Below are positions 1-15,800 of a stretch of DNA of 64,000 bases, one piece after another (the first letter of the stretch is position 1; the number at the start of each line of letters is the position of its first letter). The translations under genes were made by a program, and so were the position numbers. Under the pieces are notes generated by a model, which worked only from the letters and a program-made list of their open reading frames with translations, was not told the origin of the DNA and made no database searches. Source of the stretch: Tubulanus polymorphus (lineage: Eukaryota; Animalia; Nemertea); assembly GCF_964204645.1 (NCBI RefSeq), contig NC_134033.1, positions 4,426,231 through 4,490,230 of the forward strand, read 5' to 3'.

Positions 1-3000
1 TGTGATGGTTATGTTCTACAGGATGAAGATCGACAGATCAATATGACGTCACACTGTCTGGTGATCACACCTGAAAATCGACGCTTTCGCTTGAAAAATA
101 TTCACATATTATCAGAACACGAATATCAAATTGACCGATGTTTTCTCAAGATGTCATTGTCATGTGATCAGTTTCTTAGTTTGAGTAATCAGTGTCTTGA
201 TAACAGTCTCGTAGTAAACACAATAGATTTCACAGCTGAAGGGTTTTGGTTCTGGCAGTATCAACTAATAGTAAAACTACGTCGTGAATGTCTAGGAGTG
301 AAAAAAGCAGCTAGTATTCGAGGTTACCTTATCTTATTTGCGACTCCTGATAAATGTGGACTAGTGCAGTCACCGATGTACCCAGGTGGGGCAGGACGTA
401 CGTCAAAATCAATTGTCTATAAATTTGAAAAAACGATAGAACAAAATAGAATACAATATTACGGCATATATCAATATTACAGATTTATTCTCAAATCTAT
501 CGGATCAGTTTCATGTGAAACAAACAATTCATTTGATAATGATCCAATCATTCTAATGCAAATAATGAATTACAGCCACTTCCTAGACGGAGTCGTTAGA
601 AACCGACATGAAACTAAAATATGTCAAAATAACGCGGTTCGTGGACTCATATTTCATAGTTTAAAAGGTTGGGACCTGCGTTTTGAAGTAATTAATAGAA
701 TTCCAACGTTTCAAATACAATACACTTTACACGAGTCGTTACCGATTAAACGTTTCGATAATTTCTACTGTCAAAATGGATTTCTGGATTCCGGAATTTC
801 CTGCATCAAATTCATCAGAGATTTACGTCTGAATTGGGAGAACGCTGAAATATACTGTAGACAGAAGTACGCGGGACATCTACTCAGTATCAACTCAGAA
901 CAGGAAATGATTTCAATCAAAAGATTATTCGCTTCAGTTCTTCTCCAAATGGCGTACACATTAAAATGGCTCATAATGATGATTGGATTAAAGTGGAAGG
1001 TAAGACTAATGTATACAAATATGAATTAGAATAGAAAGAAATTTATAGAAGAAATAATATTCATTTTTTCACGAAGCAGAATGATGGATATTACACGTGG
1101 ACTGATGGTAAACCATTGAGCTACACAGAGTGGTATAAACCTGTTATTAATGAAACGATACCAGAAGTTATTCGAGGATTGATATCTCCGCTAAGAAAAC
1201 AACCGATAAATGACGTCAATATGCCGTGTACGGCGATGATACTGAATAATCCACGAGGATCAGCGAACTGGGTTCGATTCCCGTGTCAAATCGAGGAGAC
1301 GCACACGACATTCATTTGTGAATCCGAGAGAATCGACATCAAAAACAAACACAATTCAACGATAAACGATGCGAAAAATTCAACAAATACAGACTTAAAT
1401 AAAACCACTGATCAATTGATTCCCGATGTTACTTTAATTACTTCAAACTGTCCAAGGGGTTGGGTAACTATTTCTGGACAATGCTATCAAATACTAACCG
1501 ACTGGAAAAACAATCGAGGTTTGAATATTCGGAGTGCTAGAGAAATGTGTCACAGTATCCACACCGAAATAGTAAGAATCACCTCAAATACAAAAAGCGA
1601 TATCAAAAATGTTCTTAGCAAATTTCATTATCGACATCAATATGGCGCTATTCTGACAAAGGACAGCGACGGATTTAAAGTTATCAAACCACTTGTGACC
1701 AGAAATGAAATTACATATGTTCAATCAGTTAAATGGTTGTTGAACCCTTTCGATAGTACAATAGATAAAGTGCATTCCGTGTTGTGTACCTATAATGTAA
1801 CTGTTGAAGAGTTAGCTTCTATGAGCGCTTGTAAATCGTGGCAGTTTGAATGTAACGATCAAAGATGTATCAGCGACCATCGCGTTTGTGATACCAGACA
1901 CGACTGTCAACACGGTGAAGATGAACTCAATTGTACGGATATCAATTTACGCAGTCAGTTCCGCTGTAACGATGGACAGGTTATATCGATTAGCGGTTTC
2001 TGTGACTTTATGAGAGATTGCGTCGATGGCTCGGATGAGAACTCGTGCTATCATCCGCAGTGCTTATATACGCAATATCGCTGTTCCAATCAACAATGTA
2101 TCGATAGTTATAAACGATGTGACGGACTAGCCAATTGTAAAGACGGTTCCGATGAGATCGGATGCACTGCTGCACTTTGTCAGGGGTTCTCGTGCGCGGA
2201 CGGTGAATGTATTAGTTCTCAGTTGTATCGGGATGGCGTCGTGGATTGTAGCGGAAGTCTCGAAGAAGACGAATTGGTCACTAATGTGACAATGAATCCC
2301 GAGGTTTACTGTAATAATGACAATCACTGTACGACTCGTTTCACAGATCTGTGTAAGGAATCGGATGAACAAAGATGTTCGTTCAATTCTCCTCGCTGTT
2401 ATTCCCGACACGAAAGGTGTATTTTAGAAAGGATGCCGATTGGTTTCCCAGTATGTAGAAATCTTGAACATATACTCGCGTGTAATGACTTCGAATGCGC
2501 GGCTGGTACTGTAAAATGTCCGGCATCTTACTGTATACCAATCAGACACGTTTGTGACGGTCGATCCGATTGTCCAAATTCAGAAGATGAACGAAACTGC
2601 GAGACTTGGTCGTGTCCGGGAATGTTTAAATGTGGTCAGGAAAATCGATGTATTCCGCAATCTGAAGTTTGCGACGGTGTCGTAAATTGCAAACATAACT
2701 CAGATGACGAGTCATACTGTAAGGTCACGTGTCCTGAACGTTGTAATTGCCGGGGTCATTTCATCGATTGTGAAAACGCTCTTTTATCAGATATTAATGC
2801 TCGTTTTATAGAATCAACTCGGGTTTTGATTTTGTCGAATAACCGAGTCGTATTTAACGAGTCGACGTTCAACTCTTTCATTTATCTTCGTTTTCTCGAT
2901 ATTTCGGGCAATAATTTGTCTTACATCGTTCCAAACGCGTTTTCTAATTTAAACAATCTATACACATTAGACCTTACTCACAACCGCATAACATCATTAT

Positions 3001-4334
3001 CTGCTAATACATTCGCAGGTTTGATCAGTTTAAAACAACTATTTCTTATCGGAAATACGCTGCAACATTTAGAAGACGGTTGTTTCCGAGGTCTGACGTC
3101 ACTTACTGTTCTCGATCTTCACGGTCTTTCTATATCGGTTCTCGGTGAAAATGTATTTAAAGGTTTATCCGCATTACAGTCGTTAAATATCAGCAGTAAC
3201 AGAATACATTATATTTCCAGTTATGCTTTTTACGGATTGGTTGGACTTGAAATTCTAGATCTAGTCAAAAATGCCGAAGTGATATTTGTAAAACGAAACG
3301 TTCTTGGCGATCTTACATCATTGAAATACATCGCTTCGGATGCTTACAAATTTTGCTGCATGGCACCGAATGTTGACCGATGTCTTCCCGAAGCTGATCA
3401 ATTTTCAACCTGTTCTGACCTGATGGGTAACGCTGTACTGAGAGCCATCATCTGGATGATCGCATCTTTCAGTTTTCTCGCTAACAGTATCGTTATCTTA
3501 TTTCGCGTCCAAGCTTTGCGGATGGAATCCACCCGAACACGTAACACATCTTCAGATATCTACATCATTAATATTGCCGGTTGTGATTTTCTGATGTCGG
3601 TCTATTTGTTTGTGATCGCAGGAGCTGACCACGCGATCAAAGGCGTTTATTATCTGAATTCTGAAGCTTGGACAGATAGCTCATTATGTCGTCTCGCCGG
3701 GGTTATTGTCACCGTTTCCTGCGAAGGTTCATTGACTTTTCTCTTAATTCTAACGCGTCAGAGATATTCAAACATCGTCAACCCGTTTTCTAGAAGTCCG
3801 ATTATAACTCCGAATTACGTTATCGGTATTTGCTGCATCTGTTGGCTCGTTATAAGCACAGTTTCTATTCTACCGCTGTCATCGTCGTCTTACTTCGGAG
3901 ACAATTTTTACGGTACAACCGGAGTTTGTTTGCCTATGAATTTATTGACGATCGACGTCAATGGCTGGCAATATTCATTCGCTATTTTTGCCTTGTTTAA
4001 TGCGGCCATATTGGCTACCATAATGATGACGTACGCTCAGATGTATAGACTCGTATCTGGAAGTAGGTCGGGCTCGGGTAGAGCCGATCCTACCGAACTG
4101 GTTTTAGCACGAAGGAGTTTAGTAATCAATCTTTGTAATTTATTTTGCTGGCTACCGATAATAATCGTTCAGTTTTGCGCCGTATTTTCGGTCGAGATAC
4201 CGAACCAGGTTGCCGCTTGGCTGGCCGTTCTATTTTTACCGATCAACTCGTCTCTGAATCCGCTTCTTTATACCATACTGACGATCGATATGAAATCAAT
4301 TAGAACGAGATATAAACGTCAACAAAAGAACTAG
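1..4334 (+). CDS. GRL101-like LGR-family GPCR, copy A, 5' part outside the window; exons <1..999 and 1080..4334
   Basis: Phase-0 intron 1000..1079 (AAG|GTAAGA ... GCAG|AAT) joins ORF 43..1029 to ORF 1116..4334 and rebuilds a C-type lectin domain (WENAEIYC...MIGLKWK-NDGYYTWTDGKPLSYTEW...TFICE). This is followed by a second lectin-like module, LDLa repeats (CDGLANCKDGSDE type), LRRNT (CPERCNC), LRRs, the hinge (FCCMAP...CSDLM) and a class A 7TM (QRY, CWLP, NPLLY). Confidence 0.92.
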
Positions 4335-4849
4335 ATTAATAACACTTCAGTAGCAATAAAGGAGCTTTTAAACGAATCGTTTTAGTGTTCTCGGTCGCAC
4401 ACCAAACTCTAGTAATGAATCTAAAGAACAAAGGACATTAACGATGACCTTTGGGCCCATGGTCCATTCAGTTTTTTTATCACAACTTTCTTCGTAGCTA
4501 TTAGATTAATTGTAGATTGTTTGTTAAATGCAATGTTATTTACTTTAGGTGCGGATTTAACGGGCTCGGCGAGCCCTTTACTGGCCAGTGCAATTGAAAT
4601 AAACGATTACATAGATGACGACTTTTTAATTTATGAATGTATTCACTGATGTAGTGAAAGCGTGTGTGTGTGAGAGTGATAGGTTTCATTTTTCTTTTAG
4701 GGCGGCACGGCTCCGATAGATCCTTGTGATCTCTTCGTGTAGCCCACATTTTCTTGTTACATTTTGTCACTGTATATTATGCGATATCAATAATGTAATA
4801 ATGTAACAACAAAAATAAATACCATACTACTTTACTAAATATGCCACCG

Positions 4850-5280
4850 GATGAAATTATTTTTCAGCCACCACCGAACCGTATGGCGACCGATTCGGGT
4901 AAACGAAATTGCCAAGTTAATGAAAGTGCAACATACCCCATGCCAAATATCACAAGCATTCAATATCATGATTGATATATGCAATCAATTTTCAATAGAA
5001 TACGAAGTCAAGTTTAACACTGAACAGACTATATATTTTATCTACTTTTTCTTCCCTGGGAGGATCAGAATCCTTGAAAGTCACAGTGTTTTATTTCACA
5101 AGGCCATATCATTTAAGTATCAAAAACTGGTATGCACTTGGGTAATATGATCGCTACCGATGAGACAGACTCTCAACGGATGTACCACGCAATATGTGAT
5201 TTAAACAGAATAGTGGATATATTTCACTCACAATTTAATCATGTTAAGCCCTTTATCAGATTTAATTTCGAAAGTTGACT
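4850..5280 (+). mobile_element. Degraded LINE reverse-transcriptase fragment
   Basis: Translation gives QAFNIMIDICNQFSIEYEVKFNTEQT and, in another frame, LGNMIATDE...ICDLNRIVDIFHSQF. This resembles the C-terminal RT region of non-LTR elements; it is frameshifted. Confidence 0.5.
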
Positions 5281-6390
5281 ATATTCGAGTATATCGGAGC
5301 GTTGCTCACCACAGTTACATTTTCGGTAATCGGGTGATGATTCGAAGCGTTCAGATTCAACAGGTTTAAAGTTTATGATTATTTTTCCTAGTTTAATTCC
5401 GGTCACGATAGAGTTTGATTGACAGGTACTTTTGTTGTTGATCACGCTTAATCAGTTATCAGAATAGAACACTAACTCACCATCTATCCACTAATTCTGG
5501 ACGATGAACAATTTGAAATTTGTTTTTCCCTGCCTTTGTCTCTCCCTCTGCCTCTGCCCCCTCTCCCTTTCCCTCTCCAATAATAAATATCACAGCTAGT
5601 GATAAACATCACAGCTAGATACATCGTTTCAGAGCGATGTATAAATATTTTACCACATATTATACGAACGCACCAGCGAGCCGGCGATCATATCAGCGGA
5701 TAAATCACTCGTAATAAATGCAAATAAAACCGCGATGATGAGTTATAAAAAACGTTTTAAACGAATCTGTATCGATACAACACCTCTCCACACATCAGCT
5801 CGTATGTACGTACCAGTGCGCGACGTACTTGAACAGTCATTTTTATCGCGTTTTTTATCAGTGACTGTTTGTCACACAGTTCTGGGATCTAGCTACCAGT
5901 TGTACTTTATCATCGCTGGCATTTCGTCAACTTCGGGAGCCGGTCGAACCCAGTTCCATAGTTGCCGTTACAATTTGATTATGTTGAATTTATGAATGTT
6001 AACGAATTAATCTTGATCGTATATGATACAAAAAGAACTAAACATTTCTTGGCGAATACATTGGAAACTGATCGGGATCTCGGAGTGGAAAATCGACAAC
6101 TGATTTTGAATTTATAGCGAAACAATCGGAAAAAAACTTAAAAGTGACATGCTAAAACTGATTGTGACATTACAGATATTATCGTTGGACAATGAATAAT
6201 GCAATCTGATTGTAAGTTCTAAATCGTTGGAAAATTGAATTTGAATTTCTTTAGAAATTGACATATTGAAAACTGATTGTGACTTTCTTGTCGAATCATC
6301 GGAAACTAATCGTGATTTTGAAGTGAAATCATTCCACTTCACAATCAAGTTGACCCAAGCGAACTTTTCAGGTGAACTTATCCGCGAATT

Positions 6391-10031
<3,641 letters not shown>

Positions 10032-10642
10032 ACGATTCGTCCATGAACCGGTGACAAACACCAGATAGCGCGACTAACAGTCGGTTTTGCGGCATTCCAA
10101 ATTCAAACACATTTATAAATTTTGATACATTTAAACCCCGAATTTCCAATTGGCAAAATCACTTAAAAACGGGGTTATATATACTGTATAGATCGGTGCT
10201 GTTGTATTTAGTAAATCGTTCATTTGTATAATCTTGTAAATAACCGTGTTATGTTAAAAAGTCTTTATTTTTCTCCTTTATACGATTGTAAACAAAATTA
10301 TTGGCCAAAAAACCACCAACCGACATCCGTATGACCCGTATTTTCCTGTTCCAAATCATACAGTCGGGCTATGTGTTGTTTATATACCGATAAAACGTAA
10401 GACTCTCCGTAACTCTTGGAAATAAACACTTCGAACACAATAATTCGAATCATTACATCCAATGATGCCAGTCAAATATCTATGGTTTAATTGGAATTCA
10501 AACACTGGCCACATTTGATTCGAGTTCAGATTGAGTCTACTGTCTACTTTGCTATAACGATGGTCCATATGTTCAAAACTAAGATTAAACCTATCCTAAC
10601 GGCAGAGTCCTAATGAGAAACTGTTTAAAATCTCTACTCTAC

Positions 10643-11560
10643 CGGATTATGTGAGCAGTTTTATCTTTTCCTTGAAGAGATTTCAGCTCACACATGAGTC
10701 CTCTATCAGACCAGGTTGTTTTAGTCAGCACACACTTGATGCAATCAGGTCCTGATGAAGTGAGGAAGGTCTGGAATCTGGAAACTGTATTTGTCGGTTT
10801 AGTCAACGCGCATTGGCAGCAATCAGATCCTGCACAGAAAGGTCGTCTCTGAAAATGCAACCAAAGTTTAATTAGACTTGAATCAGCTTGAATACGACCT
10901 CACCTAAGTTTGACATTTAGAATTGAAGTTAAATTGTCCGCTCACCAACTCATGTGTGGATCTGCATGGATTATTTCGATCAGTTATCGTTTCCTTGGGA
11001 AATGTGACACCCGAGCTACAGCACTAATATCTGTCCGGCCTTGTTGGTTTAGTCAGCAAACATTGACAGCATTCAGATCCTGAGAGAAGTAGAGCTTATC
11101 TGAAAAAAACAGTATTGATCTCAATGATAATTCTTAATTTGCCTCGAAACATGCACATTGTAATCTGTTATAGCCAGTATTAAAAAACCCACAAATCCAC
11201 TCACCACCAATTTCTGTGTGAAGCATCATGGATTATCTCAAAAATGTCTGGAGTTCACAGCGTCGGTTTACTCAGCTTCGGAGTATTGGCATTAATAAGG
11301 TCCTGAGTGAGGAATGGCTGATCTGAAAAACCGACAATTTCATATTTCAGTACTGACTGGAAGAATCAATGTTTAAGTTTAGGTTGGATGCCCGAGTGAG
11401 AACCCAGAGACAGGGAGTCAATTAGATTAATTTATAAACGAGATGACGTGAACCGTCGAAAGCATCCCTCGGCAACTTCCCAAATTAGTGTTTAAATTAG
11501 TGGAAAAAAACTTATAGATCTCCCTTTTTACTTACCTAATCTCACGCAAGCACTGTACAT
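10643..11560 (-). other. Array of duplicated exon-like units (putative micropeptide or lncRNA gene)
   Basis: Minus strand: candidate first exon ending at 11536 (TTAG|GTAAGT). Units 11322-11205, 11099-10946 and 10848-10643 (internal acceptor at 10777) each start after TTT(T/C)CAG and share CAGGA(T/C)CT...TGA(C/G)TAAA(C/A)C and a 3' ATAATCC motif; two end in GTGAG donors. Confidence 0.5.
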
Positions 11561-12171
11561 ATATGCGCGTCTATATTGAATTCAACGCGTGTTAAGAATT
11601 AATCCTATGCCGGTTAAATTTCAAATCGAAAGGTATTCATTGAATTCAGAGATCGAGGACAATAACCAGACACAATATGAACTGAGTTTGTCATGATGCG
11701 GTGCAAGGGACGCGAGAACCACTGGCTAGGTAATACCATACAGACCCTGTTAATATTTTAACTTCAGAAACCTAACTAATATATGAAGTAGATATAATAT
11801 CAGATATTCTACACGTCCTCGTTAAAATGATATTTCTATACAGTAAATTAAATCCTTTCAAAATTGAATTAACAGAAAAATCACTTTGCAATACAATCTG
11901 TTATTTACATTTCCATTGTCTATAACTCGAATTGTCACTGAAATCAAACACACATCATAGAACTATTTGGAATTGATCAAATAAAATGAATTAAGATGAT
12001 ATCATCATAGGAAATATGCAATACATTCAACAAATCAAATGTCCATTGTCTGTAACTTGTTAGAACTGTCTTAGCACCAGCAACAGCAGTAGTAGTAATA
12101 GTAGCCGAGCAGGAAATACTGTTATTTGTATTTATGAATTCAAGTCATCAAGATGATAAATAGAGGCTACT

Positions 12172-12337
12172 TTAACTTTTCTCATGATTCTAACTCGTCA
12201 GAGATATTCAAATATCGTCAACCCGTTTTCTAGAAGTCCAATTATAACTCCAAAATGCGTTATCGGTATTTGCTGCATTTGTTGGCTCGTTATAAGCACA
12301 GTTTCTATTCTACCGCTGTCATCGTCGTCTTACTTGG
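12172..12337 (+). pseudogene. Isolated fragment of the GRL101-like 7TM region (TM3-TM4)
   Basis: Near-identical to about 3735-3897 and 41070-41232 (ctaactcgtcagagatattcaaatatcgtcaacccgttttctagaagtcc...tcgtcgtcttactt). Confidence 0.9.
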
Positions 12338-12878
12338 ATTGAGTTGTTTCCTCAGAAAGTCTGCAGAGAAAAAGTCCTTACCCGCCACAATCAGATATCC
12401 ATGCGCTTCGCTTTGCTTCAACTCAGTTATCATATTGACTGTAGAGTGTGAATTGTCAAAACAGATGTTGACGAAGTGTTATAGAGACGCAGAATATATA
12501 AGTTAATAAAGAAAATATTATCGAATATTGTCAAATCTGGTTCGGATATCAAAACGCAGTTCGGAAGCGACAGTAAATATTTTTAGCGAAATAATTGCGC
12601 ATGATTATAAACACGATATATTGAAACACGTCTAAATTTAGAAACCGCGGTAATTACAGCGAAACCGAAAACAGATGGAAGTTTCACAAAATACGATACT
12701 GGTGCCAGTTTGATTTGGTCTTTACAAAATAATTGGACACTGGATCAATTCGTCAACATCTGCCATTGGCAAATTCGTTGTAACTTCGTTATAACTGCAG
12801 CTATTCTTTTGAGAAATGTCGTGCGAACTTGGAAATAGTTAGAAATGTGTTTGTTTCGAAGCGTGAATTCTGCTCAAT

Positions 12879-15800
12879 ATGCAGCGAATGAAAGCGTTGT
12901 TCGTAGTTTTACTGATCGCTCGCGGAGACTGTATATTTACGCGGGCTGATCGCGCAAACTCTGTCGAGGAAGCCGCGTCTGTTACAGTCAGTTCATCTTG
13001 TAAGAAGACTCAATACTCCGTCGATTCTACGTCCGGTTACATCGTTTCACCGAACTATCCCTCGTTAGTGCACGGTGTTGAATGTCGTTGGTTCGTCGAC
13101 AGCTCTTTACCGGGAAGTTTTCTCGTTCAAGTTTACTACGACATCGAGCCGTCGATATTCTGTAACGAGAACTGCCCTCTCATCGGTAAATCCGACAACA
13201 AACTCTGCGCTACCAGTAGAAAACCACTTGAAATCGGCAGTAATGATTTGATTTCGTTGTTGTTTAGGAGTAACGTCGATGGAGCGCGAGGTAGTCGGGT
13301 TCATATCATATATCGTTTTCTAGAACAGAGTCGCTTGAAAATCGAATATAAATGCATTATTTATTAACGGTGGAGTAAAAGAATTACCAACTCAAACAGG
13401 TTATAAATTCACGATTTCTACCTCTCGGTGTATATTGTTGTTAGAATGGATCGGGAAGCCAGACGGGTTTGCAATGAATTTAACGTTTATACAGTTAGAT
13501 TTCAGATTAAAACCAGGAGAGTATCCAATGAAAACTCGTCCTCAAATTTACGACGGATGGAACAGCACCAGTGAACCTATAGCTCTTATACTAGAACAAA
13601 CCGGACATCCACCTTCGTCGTGTTATACTAAAACTTATAAAGCACGTATTGAATTCATTTCAACTAGATCTTGGTTTCAGTCGCAGTTACTCATGCGAGT
13701 TTACAAAATATAATTTTGGAACATCTCTAACCCGTTAATTCAAATCTATAATAAATCAGGACTGCTCACTACAATTGATGGAATACCACATATAGTAACT
13801 AAGTCTAAACACTTATACTGCTGGTCTATCACAGTCGATGTTCTGCAGTACGTCATCTTCAACTGGACACGTGATCTCGTCTCGTCACCAGGTGTCGTTG
13901 GTGTATATAAACAGGAAGGGTTACGTATTGTGAGAACTGATATTTTACTCAGTTTTAACCATCTTATATCTCTGAGTGTAAAATCAGACGGATTTCTCGT
14001 GATTCTGTGCGTTTTAACGACATCGCATTTTTTTAAATCAAATTTGAAAATAGAATTCGAAGTGAAATCAATGAAAATATCAGACGACCACGTCAACAAG
14101 CCAAGGATATCGGTAAATTAAAAACAATGATTTGTAAATTAGGTTCGTGTAATAGAATCATTGTAATAATCTATGATTTTGATGGCGATTTTGACGAGTG
14201 AAACTTTGCCGAGAAACTTGGAATGACAACGTTATGTGTGACCCAAAGCACATGTTGTTTACGCGGAGTAATTATGATGATTAGTGGAAGAATTTAAATT
14301 ATTTTGGATTACAACTAGAACTATTATCGATATTTTGCTGTTTGTTAGTGGTTTGAAATTGTCGTATTGTAAACATTCAATACTGTAATCAATTCTCTTA
14401 TATTTCAGCATTCAATCACAAAGTTTGTGATTGAATGCTGAAATATAAGAACTCAATATCAGCTAATCGATTGTTCCCAAGATCAAAGACTACATTTTAT
14501 CGTGTAACTACATTACAACTAAACTGGAAAGTGAACATCTATGAAGAACAGTTGAAACTAACAGCGCTATCAGAAAACTGTGATCGAGCTGGTTTTTATA
14601 ATTTTGATGGTATAATTTCACAGCTAGACGCTATGGTCCGTATTGTCCTGGTTCATACTACGGTCGATCTGTCGTCAGCCTGATTACATCAGGTGGACCG
14701 GTTACTGTAGTAGCATACGCTTATTACTATAACAATCGGTTAACTGTTGGTTGTCCTAGCAGGTCATCTCTTGAATTTGCTCCTACTGATTGTGATGGTT
14801 ATGTTCTACAAGAAGAAGAACGTCAGATCAATATGACGTCACACTGTCTCGTGATTACACCTGAAAATCGACGCCATCGCTTGAAAAATATTCACATATT
14901 ATCAGAACACGAATATCAAATTGACCGATGTTTTCTCAAGATGACATTATTATGTGATCAGTTTCTGAGTTTGAGTAATCAGTTTCTTAATAACAGTCTT
15001 GTATTAAACTTCACAGTTAATGAGCGGTTCCTGAACTTCGCTGAAAAGCTGAAACACTGAAAAGCTGAAACGCTGAAATAAAAACGCTGAAATTTCAGGG
15101 AATTTCCGAAAAACGCCGAAATTTCAGGGAATTCCCGAAAAACGCTGAAATCGTGCTAGGTACCGACAATACACGTTTTGAAATGTTTTCCGGGCCGGTG
15201 TCCGCTGACGAGTCCTGAACCGTGTTTTATGCTCTACCTTCGGTTACAGAGACATGCCTTATGGTCGTCGTCATGACCGACTTGATCGATTGCGGATTGC
15301 GTGGATTGTTAGATGTGTTTTTTGCCATAGTTTTATGTGCATATACCGGTACGATCTAACAATGAAGTTATCACTTCATTTGAATAAATTCTTAATCACA
15401 GTAATATTAATTCACAATATTTTTTCTTATGTTTGGTGATTTCTTGCAACGTATCATTGCCAAGTCTCATACAAGTAGTAGCTGAATGAAAGTACAGTTA
15501 GGCTGAACCTGATAACCCAAATTAAGTGCTAGCATAGAACTAATGATTATTTTGATTCTATTTTCGGTGTCATTGAAATTCGTTAATAAAGGTTTTAACC
15601 GTCATAGTATACTGTACTTGGCATTGCTACAATTGGGTGCCATATTTCTACAATTTCTACAAGGAGGAAGGAATCTTTAAGTGTCTTTGTTCCCGGGTAG
15701 GGTACGGGGTAAAACCTGGTTTACTTTCTCTTTCGACTTGCCGGAGACTACTATCTGCAATGTATTGCATGCTTTGATGTGTCTGGCCTATAGGAGTCGA

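Noticed and set aside
10750-10800. Hammerhead ribozyme (CTGATGA...GAAAC)
   Set aside because: Stem II does not pair and the core is not conserved in the sister repeats; CTG(A/G)AA is better explained as a minus-strand splice acceptor.
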